Shown: positions 8,449 through 16,981 of the stretch, piece by piece
Numbering within the stretch: the first letter of the stretch is position 1
Layout of the letters: every line of letters begins with the position of its first letter
Source of the DNA: Conexivisphaerales archaeon
Lineage (GTDB): Archaea; Thermoproteota; Nitrososphaeria; Conexivisphaerales; DTJL01
Assembly (NCBI GenBank): GCA_049509455.1
Contig: JBEKZX010000018.1
Location: 1 to 27,196 of the forward strand
DNA: 27,196 bases
Direction: 5' to 3'
Program-made: the position numbers and the translations under genes
Notes under the pieces: generated by a model
What the model was told of the DNA's origin: nothing
What the model saw: the letters and a program-made list of their open reading frames with translations, nothing else
Database searches by the model: none

Positions 8449-9096
8449 TCAGGTGAGTCTTGCACTACGCCATAGGACGTCCTTCAGACTGAGCATGCGG
8501 TCCTTAGTCAGCGCGAAGATCAGATTGTAGTTCAACAATGAGGCGTACACCGCCGCCAGCGTTACCTTCGCACTGGAGTTAAGAGGTATCGACAAACCAC
8601 AAGCATCCGATCCTTTGAAGATCTGGGGGTAGTAATAGGCATCTCCAATGCACTGAGGATAACCATAGAGTATCCAGACCGACCAAATCGCAACGAAAGC
8701 GCTCAAGAAGACGACGCTCGTCCATTTGAATGACAGATGCTTCCTGAACAAGAGAATGGGAATGATGGGCGCAACCATAGTAATCAGATATTTTGTTTGG
8801 GGACCACTAAGTGAGATCGGTTTGAAGTAGTTCAGATATATCGGAAACGTGAAGTGGTATACCAATTCGTAAGTTTGAACATATGCGAAAGCGAACACAA
8901 GTGATGCAACAACGGCGTCCAGCTTGCCCATCTTTGAATTAGTCATTGAGACTTCTGCGGTGACATATAAGAGAGCCACTATGGCCAATGTGACAGGTGT
9001 TACGTCTCCCAAGAACTTGACCGAGTAGTCTCGTTGAGATAGCAGGTATAACGAATAGACCAAGGCAAGGATGGCGGCACCCCGAAGTCCCCACAT
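8449..9096 (-). CDS. Hypothetical polytopic membrane protein (about 6 TM)
   Basis: Long hydrophobic ORF; the frame extends to 9216 but ATG 9096 (MWGLRG) is the more plausible start. Confidence 0.75.
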   Translation of the reverse strand: MWGLRGAAILALVYSLYLLSQRDYSVKFLGDVTPVTLAIVALLYVTAEVSMTNSKMGKLDAVVASLVFAFAYVQTYELVYHFTFPIYLNYFKPISLSGPQTKYLITMVAPIIPILLFRKHLSFKWTSVVFLSAFVAIWSVWILYGYPQCIGDAYYYPQIFKGSDACGLSIPLNSSAKVTLAAVYASLLNYNLIFALTKDRMLSLKDVLWRSARLT

Positions 9097-9308
9097 GAGA
9101 TACTCAGAAACTCCTTTGGAATTGCTACGATCAGTGGGCCGATCTTGGATTATTTGTTCGGGGGGTGACACGCAGCACCGCCTGGAGAATGGGTCTGTTC
9201 GGCTCGCAAATAACATTTTGTGTTGGTATTTGGATCATCAAATCTCGGTGGTAAATATCTTTCAGAACCCTTAAAATATGGATATGCGCGACGGGTTGTT
9301 GTTCGAAT

Positions 9309-9728
9309 GTGAATAAAGGAACCACTCAAAGGTTAGCCATGATTTCTCTCGGGGTTTCTGCGTTGCTAGGTGTGCTCATCTTGGTCCTCGATAAGATACT
9401 ACCCAATAGGTTCCTCTTCGCATACGGCAATGTAGTCGCCCCCATCTCCCACGTCCAGGCGCTCATCGGTATGATCATCATAGACGTCATTGTGGCCATT
9501 CTGGTTTTTGTGAGACCAAGGACAGGCCTGATAATTGCAGGTGTCTGGGGCGCGCTTCAACTGCTTGCCATGGCCGCGAACCCAATAGAGGGGCCTTCGT
9601 TCGGCATGTCTGTCTCAGCCTTTGCTTCATATCTTTTCGGCCTACCAGAGTATGATGCCCGTCTTATAGTACAATTATTCACGATCTACTTTGGCTGGAA
9701 AGGTTACTTCCAATTCAAGAAAGCATAG
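9309..9728 (+). CDS. Four-helix membrane protein, free-standing homolog of the N-terminal domain of the Rieske fusion at 18384-19349
   Basis: Ungapped 70-aa alignment with 25 identities, including SH..LI.M and FASYLFGLP.YD; TTAAAATA at 9271-9278. Confidence 0.85.
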   Translation: MNKGTTQRLAMISLGVSALLGVLILVLDKILPNRFLFAYGNVVAPISHVQALIGMIIIDVIVAILVFVRPRTGLIIAGVWGALQLLAMAANPIEGPSFGMSVSAFASYLFGLPEYDARLIVQLFTIYFGWKGYFQFKKA

Positions 9729-9858
9729 ACAAGGCTCAGCATTTTTGTATTGCACATTCACCCTCACTATCAAGTGGAAAGCATCCTTGATTCGAATTGG
9801 AGGAACCTGGTTTTCAACCGAGATAGAAATATAAGGTCCAACTCACCTTCTTGCTCTA

Positions 9859-10710
9859 TTGTCGGTTGGTGTAACGGGGCCTGCCACCATCAGAGTATCT
9901 GACCATCTCTCCTTGAGGCTCTATCCTGACTCACGCCCTCACCTGTTGGAGAACGCAACACTTCAGAAGGGCTTGGTGTTGGTGTTCGACGGAGAAGAGC
10001 TTGTCGAAGAAGGCATGGGTTTAGGGACACCCGTAGTCAGGTACTCCAACGACATATACTTCTCAAGCTCCGCTCACACCTTCGTTGAACATGGAGATGG
10101 CGCCAACCAAGTCCTGAAGAAGTCCTTCCTCATCGATTCCGTGTCTAGGAAGCGCATTTGGAATGGGCCCTTCATCAATGCCCGGATTTACGACGTCCTT
10201 CATCTTGCATTTGCCCGAGCGTATATCTCAAAAGGACATCCCAACAGGTTCCTGACCAAGCTGGTTGAAATACGGAGGTCTCTAGGAATACGCACCCAGT
10301 TTGTTCAGACCCAGTCAAAGGGCAAGGTCACGATCAGCTACAGACGGTTTCCCAACGTCATCCAAGTGCGTGCTGACTTGAGCGAACTGCACAAACCAGG
10401 ATGTGAGGAAATCCTCATCATGAATGAAGCCGGATCGACATTTTTCACGAAGTATACAGACCGAAATGGTCTCGAGCTAGTGAATGATGAAATTGGAGCG
10501 TGGAATAAGGTCGAAGCTACAGAGGCTTCTCTCTCAGACTTCAGCGGAACCCTGCTTTTCAGTCTGAAGAAGACGGAAGGGGCCGATTTGTATAGGGGAT
10601 GGGAGCGGGTCAAAGGACGTCTCTCCTGGGCTGGATTGAGCTACTCCATGAAAGCTTGGAAGCCGGTTTTCGAATACTACATAAGAATACAAAGTGACAA
10701 GTATGGTTGA
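9859..10710 (+). CDS. Hypothetical soluble protein, translationally coupled to the radical SAM gene
   Basis: 283-aa ORF with protein-like composition; its stop overlaps the start of the next gene; AATATAAG at 9828-9835. Confidence 0.8.
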   Translation: MSVGVTGPATIRVSDHLSLRLYPDSRPHLLENATLQKGLVLVFDGEELVEEGMGLGTPVVRYSNDIYFSSSAHTFVEHGDGANQVLKKSFLIDSVSRKRIWNGPFINARIYDVLHLAFARAYISKGHPNRFLTKLVEIRRSLGIRTQFVQTQSKGKVTISYRRFPNVIQVRADLSELHKPGCEEILIMNEAGSTFFTKYTDRNGLELVNDEIGAWNKVEATEASLSDFSGTLLFSLKKTEGADLYRGWERVKGRLSWAGLSYSMKAWKPVFEYYIRIQSDKYG

Positions 10711-12052
10711 CCTTCTTCTAATTTACCCGTACTACAACGACAACAATTCAATCTTCAAATTCCCTCCTCTCGGCGTAGGCTACATCGCATCCTACGTGAA
10801 GAAACATGGCTATTCCGTGTCTATCATAGATTGTACGTTCATGCGTGAACAGGATGCCGTGAGCAAGGCAAGAAGCATGAAGCCCAGAGTTATCGGAATC
10901 TACTCGATGCTGAGCATGAAAGACACGGCAATCAGACTAGCCAAGGCGCTGAAAGGTCAAGCCGAATTGACGATTGCCGGCGGGCCCCTGCCGACATCTT
11001 TGCCCGAATCGTTCCTGGACGATTTCGACATAGTGGTCCTTCGCGAAGGTGAAGAGACGGTACTTGAAATCCTTGCCGCGCTCGATAGAGGTAGGGGTAT
11101 CTTCGAGGTCGAAGGCATAGCATACCGGAACCCTGACGGATCCACTGTCAAGACACCCACCCGAGAATTGAACCCTAGCTTGGATTCCCTGCCTTTTCCA
11201 GAGAGAGAGATGTATGACCATGAGAGGTACAAGAGCTATTATCGAAGGCACCATGGCTATACAATCACATCAATCATGACTTCTAGAGGGTGTCCATTCG
11301 ACTGTGACTTCTGCAGCCGTCCAGTCTTCGGGAACGTCTTCAGGAGCAGGTCCGCCGCGAACGTAGTTGATGAAATGGAGATAATCAAGGAATTTGGCTA
11401 TGACAGGATATGGATAGCTGACGACATCTTTCCCCTCACCAAGAAGATCGGTTTAGAAATCTGTGATGAGATAACGAAAAGAAAGCTGGACATCTCCTGG
11501 GAATGCCTCTGCAGGTCCGACCTTCTGGACTTGGAAATCGCATCAAAGATGAAGGCTTCTGGATGTCATCGCGTCTTCTTCGGCTTGGAGTCGGGGAACA
11601 ATGAGGTTCTAAGACTGATGAGGAAGCGCATCACCACCAACCAAGCTCGCGAGGCGGTGGAGACTGTGAACTCTGTTGGAATCAGAGCTGGGGCGTTCTT
11701 CATACTGGGCTATCCTGGAGAGTCAAACGATACCATGCTCGATACGATGAGGTTCGCCTCTTCTCTCCCGTTAGACTACCTTTCATTCACCGTGCCATAT
11801 CCGCTCCCCGGCACCGCGCTTTTTGAAAGACTCAAGGACAGGATATTGGTCGACGAGTGGAAGAAGCCAAGATCAGCCTTTGTTGACCATGTTCTTCTCT
11901 ACAGATCTGAGTTCTCCATGGGCAAGTTGAGATTCGGTATTATTATGGCGACGTCTCAGCACCTATTAAGAAAACACCTCGGTCCAGGATATCCCCTAGT
12001 GGGGAAACCCATTGACGTCATTACTGGCCGCGTCTTCACAGCACTAAGGTAA
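10703..12052 (+). CDS. B12-binding domain / radical SAM protein (class B methylase-like)
   Basis: N-terminal PPLGVGYIASY B12 domain with GGPLPT and IVVLREGEET; SRGCPFDCDFC CxxxCxxC motif; FFGLESG and FILGYPGE motifs. ATG 10703 or GTG 10694. Confidence 0.93.
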   Translation: MVDLLLIYPYYNDNNSIFKFPPLGVGYIASYVKKHGYSVSIIDCTFMREQDAVSKARSMKPRVIGIYSMLSMKDTAIRLAKALKGQAELTIAGGPLPTSLPESFLDDFDIVVLREGEETVLEILAALDRGRGIFEVEGIAYRNPDGSTVKTPTRELNPSLDSLPFPEREMYDHERYKSYYRRHHGYTITSIMTSRGCPFDCDFCSRPVFGNVFRSRSAANVVDEMEIIKEFGYDRIWIADDIFPLTKKIGLEICDEITKRKLDISWECLCRSDLLDLEIASKMKASGCHRVFFGLESGNNEVLRLMRKRITTNQAREAVETVNSVGIRAGAFFILGYPGESNDTMLDTMRFASSLPLDYLSFTVPYPLPGTALFERLKDRILVDEWKKPRSAFVDHVLLYRSEFSMGKLRFGIIMATSQHLLRKHLGPGYPLVGKPIDVITGRVFTALR

Positions 12053-12267
12053 GAGTCCAACCCATCTTATTCTAGGGCACCGGTCCATCATAGCACCTTG
12101 AGCGGAGAAACTCATCAATAGTCTCTTCTCGGCGCACGGCTGAGGCTGTTCGAGCGATGAGGACTTTCCTTGACCTGTTCAGCCTTCCAAATCACATCTC
12201 GCCAAGCGTCTCATGAGGTCACCCCCCTTTTACACGGAGCGACTCTGACCGACCGCGGACCCCACCT

Positions 12268-12290
12268 TAGGCTTGGACCTGCGAATGGGC
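12268..12290 (+). repeat. Isolated module D core
   Basis: 23-nt exact match to 6301-6323. Confidence 0.85.
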
Positions 12291-12477
12291 CTGATTCAGA
12301 TTTAAGTTTCCCCAACTTGCAGGCTCGACAAACACGAATTGTGTTTTCATAGGTACCTTTGGTTTATGCTTCAAGCTTCAAGTGATATCCTGTCGTGTCG
12401 TTCCCCATCGAGGCTTCAGATGATATCTTCACAGCGGAGTATATGTGGTGGCTGAACCACCAATCTTCTGTACAGGT

Positions 12478-12600
12478 AACGATACCTTAGAAACTAGCGT
12501 TCCTGGATGTTATGCGGTCGGAGACGGCGCTGGACAGACCAGAGGGCTGGTGCCAGCTCCAATCACCGGAATCCTCGTTGGCAGAGACATTGCTCCCTAT
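12478..12600 (+). pseudogene. C-terminal remnant of a COG2509/HI0933-like NAD(FAD)-dependent dehydrogenase
   Basis: TLETSVPGCYAVGDGAGQTRGLVPAPITGILVGRDIA resembles the conserved terminal FAD-binding motif (LETS..G.YA.GDGAG.TRGL...); the rest of the gene is absent. Confidence 0.65.
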
Positions 12601-12658
12601 GTTGAGAATTGCATTTTCGGCCTAGACCGATGTCGGCAAGGCGAGCCGGGCGACACGT

Positions 12659-12931
12659 TCACAGGGTCAGATTAGTGAAGAGGATCGCGAGCGCCAGGAG
12701 GCAGCCGGCCACGAGCAAGCCCCTGCTCACGCCCCTCCCTCCTCTTTCGGTGCGGTAGACGTAGGAGATCATGGAGAACGAGACCAGCATCAGGGAGAGG
12801 ATCAGGGCGAAGGCCCGCTGGCCCTGCAGGCTCGTCGCGTCGAGGGTCCACAGGTAGAAGACAGATAGCAGCTCGAGAAGCGCCAGGAGCGCCAGGACCC
12901 GAGGGTCAGCGGGCCGGGCCGTTCGGTTCAT
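12659..12931 (-). CDS. Small three-helix membrane protein, last gene of the Rieske/cytochrome b operon
   Basis: ATG 12931 overlaps the cytochrome b stop (ATGA); three hydrophobic segments. Confidence 0.8.
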   Translation of the reverse strand: MNRTARPADPRVLALLALLELLSVFYLWTLDATSLQGQRAFALILSLMLVSFSMISYVYRTERGGRGVSRGLLVAGCLLALAILFTNLTL

Positions 12932-14436
12932 TCCCTCCACCCCACTTCGAAGGCCTTTATCCGGCGCTTGATCATGCCCGTCCCCAGGTCCAGCCTATAG
13001 AGGAGGTAGAGCGTGCCCAGGAGGGTGACGGCGAGCCCCGCCGCCGAGAGGACGAGGGTTGCCAGGACTTCAGCTGACCCGCCTAGCAGCGCTTGGGAGA
13101 CGGAATTGACCAGCCATCCGATGGACAGCGCCCCGAGCGCCATGAGGAACGCGAAGCTCCCCGCCGTCCAGGCGGACGCCCAGCGAACCGAAGGGGCGGC
13201 CAAGGCCTTCCTGGCGTCTGCTGAGCTGGTCACCAGCCTCCTGAAGATGAGACGGTGGAGCACGAGGGAGATCAGTGCCACGGCGACCGCCGTTCCGCCC
13301 AACACCAGGGCCGCCTGCCAGTTCGGGATGACCCTACCAGGGGTGACCATTCCCCAGTAGGCTAGGACGATGACCTCTGCCGCGAAGATGGCGCCCAAGG
13401 TCGTGTACTTGGGCCTCTGGCCGATCATCCTCGTCTTCCCCCTGTCGATGAAGGGGAGGAGGAAGATCAGGGCGATGATGACGGAGACCACGGAGATGGC
13501 CACCGGGAGGCCTGCCTCTTCGAACGCCGATATCTTCAGTAGCTGATAGATCCACAGGAAGTACCACTCCGGCTGCGCCGTGAACTGGGAAGCCAGCTGA
13601 GGCGTGTACTGCGGGGCGAGCGTTAGGGGGAACGCGGCCGCGACGAAGAGCATGAGAGAGCCGAAGAGGGCCGCCAGCTCGAGGAGGTAGAACGAAACGT
13701 CGGGGAATATGGGGATCAGCCTCCTCTTGCCCTCCTGGGTCGGGGAGGCCGTTACGGGCTCCGAGACACCATGAGACTCTAGGAGGTACATCTTCACGAC
13801 GAGCAGGACCAGCAGGACGGCGGGGAGGACGACGACGTGGAGGTCATAGAACCGGAGAAGCTCGGCCCCGGCCCCCCCTCCCCCGATTATCAGGAATGAA
13901 ATGAAGGAGGAGATGGGCTGAGGCAGGGCGTCTATCATGCCGACGCCTACGTCGGTCGCCGACTTGGAGACGACGGTCCACGGCAGAAGGTACCCGGTGA
14001 ACCCGAAGCCCAGGGTGACGAGGCCCATGAGCATCCCGACGACCCACATCAGCTCCCTCGGCTTCTTGTGGACGGACACGAAGTATCCCCTCATCAGGTG
14101 CATGAAGGCGAGCAGGATCATCGCATAGGCCGTGTAGAGGTGCACCGTTTCGAGGAAGCTGCCGTACGCGACGCTCTGGAAGATGAACTGAGTGGACGAG
14201 TACGCCTGGGCCGTGGTGGGGACGTAGTAGAGCATCATCATGACCCCCGTGACCCCCTGGATGACGAAGGCGACTACGGCGAGGGCCCCCAGCCAGTAGA
14301 AGGGGTTTATGGCGTACTCGGGCACGGGGCGCAGGAACTGGTGGGAGAGGCCCAGCCTCGAATCGAACCACTGGGCGAGCTTCTCCATCCTCCCCGCCTC
14401 GCCCTCGCGCTCGGCCTGCGTCTCAACCTCCGTCAT
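12928..14436 (-). CDS. petB: Cytochrome b of a Rieske/cytochrome b complex (SoxN/SoxC-like, extended C-terminal helices)
   Basis: ITGVMMMLYYVP-type helix A (IQGVTGVMMMLYYVP), HLYTAYAMILLAFMH (His pair 14 apart), FGFTGYLLPW, RFYDLH and the Qo motif PEWY. The fourth heme His is replaced by Lys. Confidence 0.95.
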   Translation of the reverse strand: MTEVETQAEREGEAGRMEKLAQWFDSRLGLSHQFLRPVPEYAINPFYWLGALAVVAFVIQGVTGVMMMLYYVPTTAQAYSSTQFIFQSVAYGSFLETVHLYTAYAMILLAFMHLMRGYFVSVHKKPRELMWVVGMLMGLVTLGFGFTGYLLPWTVVSKSATDVGVGMIDALPQPISSFISFLIIGGGGAGAELLRFYDLHVVVLPAVLLVLLVVKMYLLESHGVSEPVTASPTQEGKRRLIPIFPDVSFYLLELAALFGSLMLFVAAAFPLTLAPQYTPQLASQFTAQPEWYFLWIYQLLKISAFEEAGLPVAISVVSVIIALIFLLPFIDRGKTRMIGQRPKYTTLGAIFAAEVIVLAYWGMVTPGRVIPNWQAALVLGGTAVAVALISLVLHRLIFRRLVTSSADARKALAAPSVRWASAWTAGSFAFLMALGALSIGWLVNSVSQALLGGSAEVLATLVLSAAGLAVTLLGTLYLLYRLDLGTGMIKRRIKAFEVGWRE

Positions 14437-14439
14437 CGG

Positions 14440-15117
14440 TCAGGTCACCGGCGTGCCACCGACCAGGTCGTTGGAGATGTCGCTCGAGCCGGTGTCGAAC
14501 CCGAAGACGGTGGGGGGAGCCATGCCCACGGCGTAGATGTTACCCGTGGAGCCGTCGAGCTCGAGTATCACCTGTGGCTCGGGCCTTGGAGAAGGGCCGC
14601 CTATCACGGCTGCTCCTTCAGTGAGGTCGAAGACGCTCCCATGGCAGCAGCAGTAGCCGACGGGGCCCGGGGCCTGGTAGGTGGCGTCACACGAAGGGGA
14701 GGAGCCCGCGGCCTGGAAGGAGTAGATGCAGCCCAGATGCTGGCAGATCTGGCTGAAGGCGACGATGTCGCCGTCCGGGCCAATGCCGTTCTCGGCCTTG
14801 ACCCCCAGCTTCACAAGGATGTTAGGCTGCTCCTCGAATGGGTAGTTGAAGAAGACGGGCTGGTTCAGTTGGATGTCCGCCACGTTGGCGACCTGGACCT
14901 TCGGGAACGAAGCCAAGGTCGTCACGCCGCCTCCCGAAGAATTGGAGGTATCGGAAGCGGGGGGGCTGATGAGAGCCTTTGTCACAGATGCCACGCCCCC
15001 CGCTACCAGGAGGAGGGAGAAGGTCACCATATTCGTAACGAACGCCCTGCGCGAGCTGGGGGAGGCTGGCTCCGGCTTCTCTTCGGGCTTGCTGCCCTCG
15101 CCCTCGGAGGCGGCCAA
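14440..15117 (-). CDS. petC: Rieske [2Fe-2S] protein, SoxL/SoxF-like
   Basis: Tat motif SRRAFV plus TM anchor; GIGPDGDIVAFSQICQHLGC; YCCCHGSVFD; GPSPRPEP. Confidence 0.95.
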   Translation of the reverse strand: MAASEGEGSKPEEKPEPASPSSRRAFVTNMVTFSLLLVAGGVASVTKALISPPASDTSNSSGGGVTTLASFPKVQVANVADIQLNQPVFFNYPFEEQPNILVKLGVKAENGIGPDGDIVAFSQICQHLGCIYSFQAAGSSPSCDATYQAPGPVGYCCCHGSVFDLTEGAAVIGGPSPRPEPQVILELDGSTGNIYAVGMAPPTVFGFDTGSSDISNDLVGGTPVT

Positions 15118-15118
15118 G

Positions 15119-16540
15119 CTACTTCTCCGTCCTTGAAGGGCGAATGACTATCCCGGCGACCATGCCCACGATGAGGGTGCCCACGGCCGTCAAAAGGGCC
15201 AGAGAGAAGGAGACGCCCCCTCCGGACAGAATGGACGTCGAGCCGCTTCCCGAAGAGGACTGGCTACCAGACGGGGTGCTGACGACGGTGACGGTGCCGT
15301 TGATGGGGAGCACGATGGAGGGAGCCATGGTGTTCCCTCCTACGAAGGTATAGTTCCCGTTGACTATCTGGATGCCGACGTTTTCGTTCTGGAAGACGTT
15401 GTCGGTGATGGTGGAGTTGAGCACGGGGACGGGGCCCTCTCCTCCGACGATTATGCCAGTGAGGGTGGCGCCGGAGCCGTCATTGCTTAGGACGTTGCCC
15501 ATGACGACGTTCCCCGTCACCACGCAGCCAGGCGCGTTGTTATGGAGCACGACGCCGGCCTCCCCGTCGTTGAGTATCGAGTTGAAGACTACGCTGTTGT
15601 TGATGGCGATGGTGTTGGGCGTATCCGCCGCGACGATGATGCCAGCGGTGTTGTCGACGACCGTGTTATAACTCACTATGTTGTTGCTGACCCCTTCCCC
15701 CTGGTTATAGGCGGAGACCACGATGGAGCAGTGGTTGGGCGTGTTCCCTATCACGACGTTCGCGCTGACGATGTCGTTATCACCGGGGTTCGGCTGCCCG
15801 TCGGGGATCCCGGCGCTGGGCACGGCCGTGCTGTTCCAGGTGGCCAGGAGGGGACCATCGTCGGCGATCCCTATGCCGCCGTAAAGGTTCCCGACGACCC
15901 TGTTGCCGGCCACGGTAGAATACGAGGAGCCGGCCAGCTGGATGGCCTTGATTTCGCCTAGGCCCGCGATTACGTTGAGCCCGTTGTTAGATACTATGTT
16001 GTTCTCGATAACGACGTCGTTAGCGTCCTGCACGTAAATCCCGTGGTTGTCGGCGTTCTCGACCGTGAAACCGTCGACCACGGTCCCCGAGGCCGAGGGG
16101 CCGAGCACCACGATACCGTTGGCGTCGCCCAGGGCGTTCACTATTACGTCGGAGGCCTGGAACGTCTGAGACTGCAGGGTCAGCGTCCGGTTTATGACGA
16201 CCATCCCGTCGTAGGTGCCGGGAGAAACGACCACTATCGCGCCCGGAGGCGCGGCGGAGACGGCATGAGAAATCGTGGCGAAGGGGGCCGACGCCGAGCC
16301 GTTCCCGAGCGTGTCGCTCCCCGTCATGGCCACGTAAACGTAGGGCGTGGAGGCGGCCCTGGCGGGTGAAACGATCAATATTCCGGGGGTCAGAAGGAAG
16401 GCGACGACCAGCGAGGCCAGAAGGAGGGCCTTGGCAGGCCTTATCCTTGGCTTCACAGGCGAACCGGCCGACCTTCTGGGCGTATCATTTCGAGCGTCGG
16501 AGTCGGCGACGTCCGTCCCAAAGGCAAACAGACTCGGCAT
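15119..16540 (-). CDS. Secreted, C-terminally anchored right-handed beta-helix protein (NosD/CASH/pectin-lyase-like)
   Basis: Signal-like segment, then YVAMTGSDTLGNGSASAPFATISHAV...VSPGTY (DUF1565-like start), many Asn-ladder repeats, a Ser/Gly linker and a C-terminal TM. Start at ATG 16540 or GTG 16456; the longer frame to 16993 overlaps the opposite gene. Confidence 0.88.
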   Translation of the reverse strand: MPSLFAFGTDVADSDARNDTPRRSAGSPVKPRIRPAKALLLASLVVAFLLTPGILIVSPARAASTPYVYVAMTGSDTLGNGSASAPFATISHAVSAAPPGAIVVVSPGTYDGMVVINRTLTLQSQTFQASDVIVNALGDANGIVVLGPSASGTVVDGFTVENADNHGIYVQDANDVVIENNIVSNNGLNVIAGLGEIKAIQLAGSSYSTVAGNRVVGNLYGGIGIADDGPLLATWNSTAVPSAGIPDGQPNPGDNDIVSANVVIGNTPNHCSIVVSAYNQGEGVSNNIVSYNTVVDNTAGIIVAADTPNTIAINNSVVFNSILNDGEAGVVLHNNAPGCVVTGNVVMGNVLSNDGSGATLTGIIVGGEGPVPVLNSTITDNVFQNENVGIQIVNGNYTFVGGNTMAPSIVLPINGTVTVVSTPSGSQSSSGSGSTSILSGGGVSFSLALLTAVGTLIVGMVAGIVIRPSRTEK

Positions 16541-16573
16541 GCTATGATCGACTCCATGGGGGGCGGGCGCGTG

Positions 16574-16580
16574 TTTATAT
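16574..16580. promoter_or_regulatory. TATA element (TTTATAT/ATATAAA) in the divergent promoter between the beta-helix operon and the wHTH gene
   Basis: Only AT-rich patch in a GC-rich 78-nt gap; 34 nt from ATG 16540 and 39 nt from ATG 16619. Confidence 0.55.
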
Positions 16581-16618
16581 CGCTGGCGCGCTTCGCCATT
16601 TCCTGGCAGAGCGATAGC

Positions 16619-16981
16619 ATGCGTATTAAGGACACATCGCGCAGCGAAGGGATATTGGAAGCCATCGCGGAACCTGATTGCCGTAGGATACTGGCGCTGA
16701 CCATGGGCCACCCTCTGTCGGTGACCGATGTCTCCGCGCAGCTGAGCATACCCGTCAGGAGCGCCTATAGGTACGTAGAGGACCTCTGCAGCCTCGGCCT
16801 CCTCACGGGCGAAAGGGGCGTGGTCATGAAGGGAGGAGGCAGGTATCTGCAGTACCGAAGCATGGTGAAATCGGTGACCCTCACCTACCAGGGAGACAGG
16901 AACTCTCTGGAGGTCGACATGCTTCCGAACGAGGGGATCCTTGACAGGTTCCTGAGGTTCTGGACGTACATGAGCGGGTGA
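16619..16981 (+). CDS. ArsR-like winged-helix transcriptional regulator
   Basis: ILEAIAEPDCRRIL...PLSVTDVSAQLSIPVRSAYRYVEDLCSLGLL HTH pattern; ATG 16619 preferred over 16544. Confidence 0.85.
   Translation: MRIKDTSRSEGILEAIAEPDCRRILALTMGHPLSVTDVSAQLSIPVRSAYRYVEDLCSLGLLTGERGVVMKGGGRYLQYRSMVKSVTLTYQGDRNSLEVDMLPNEGILDRFLRFWTYMSG

Noticed and set aside
10703-12052. Specific call as GDGT ring synthase, hopanoid methylase or BchE
   Set aside because: The motifs identify only the broad B12/radical-SAM class; a subfamily cannot be assigned without phylogeny.
14440-15117. Arsenite oxidase small subunit AioB
   Set aside because: The GIGPDGDIVAFS segment is AioB-like, but there is no molybdopterin AioA gene and the neighbour is cytochrome b, as for SoxL/SoxF.
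14068-15147. Long plus-strand ORFs antisense to real genes (14068-15147, 17341-18081, also 104-661 and 6534-7037 on minus)
   Set aside because: Shadow frames expected in high-GC coding DNA; the opposite strand has clear family motifs.
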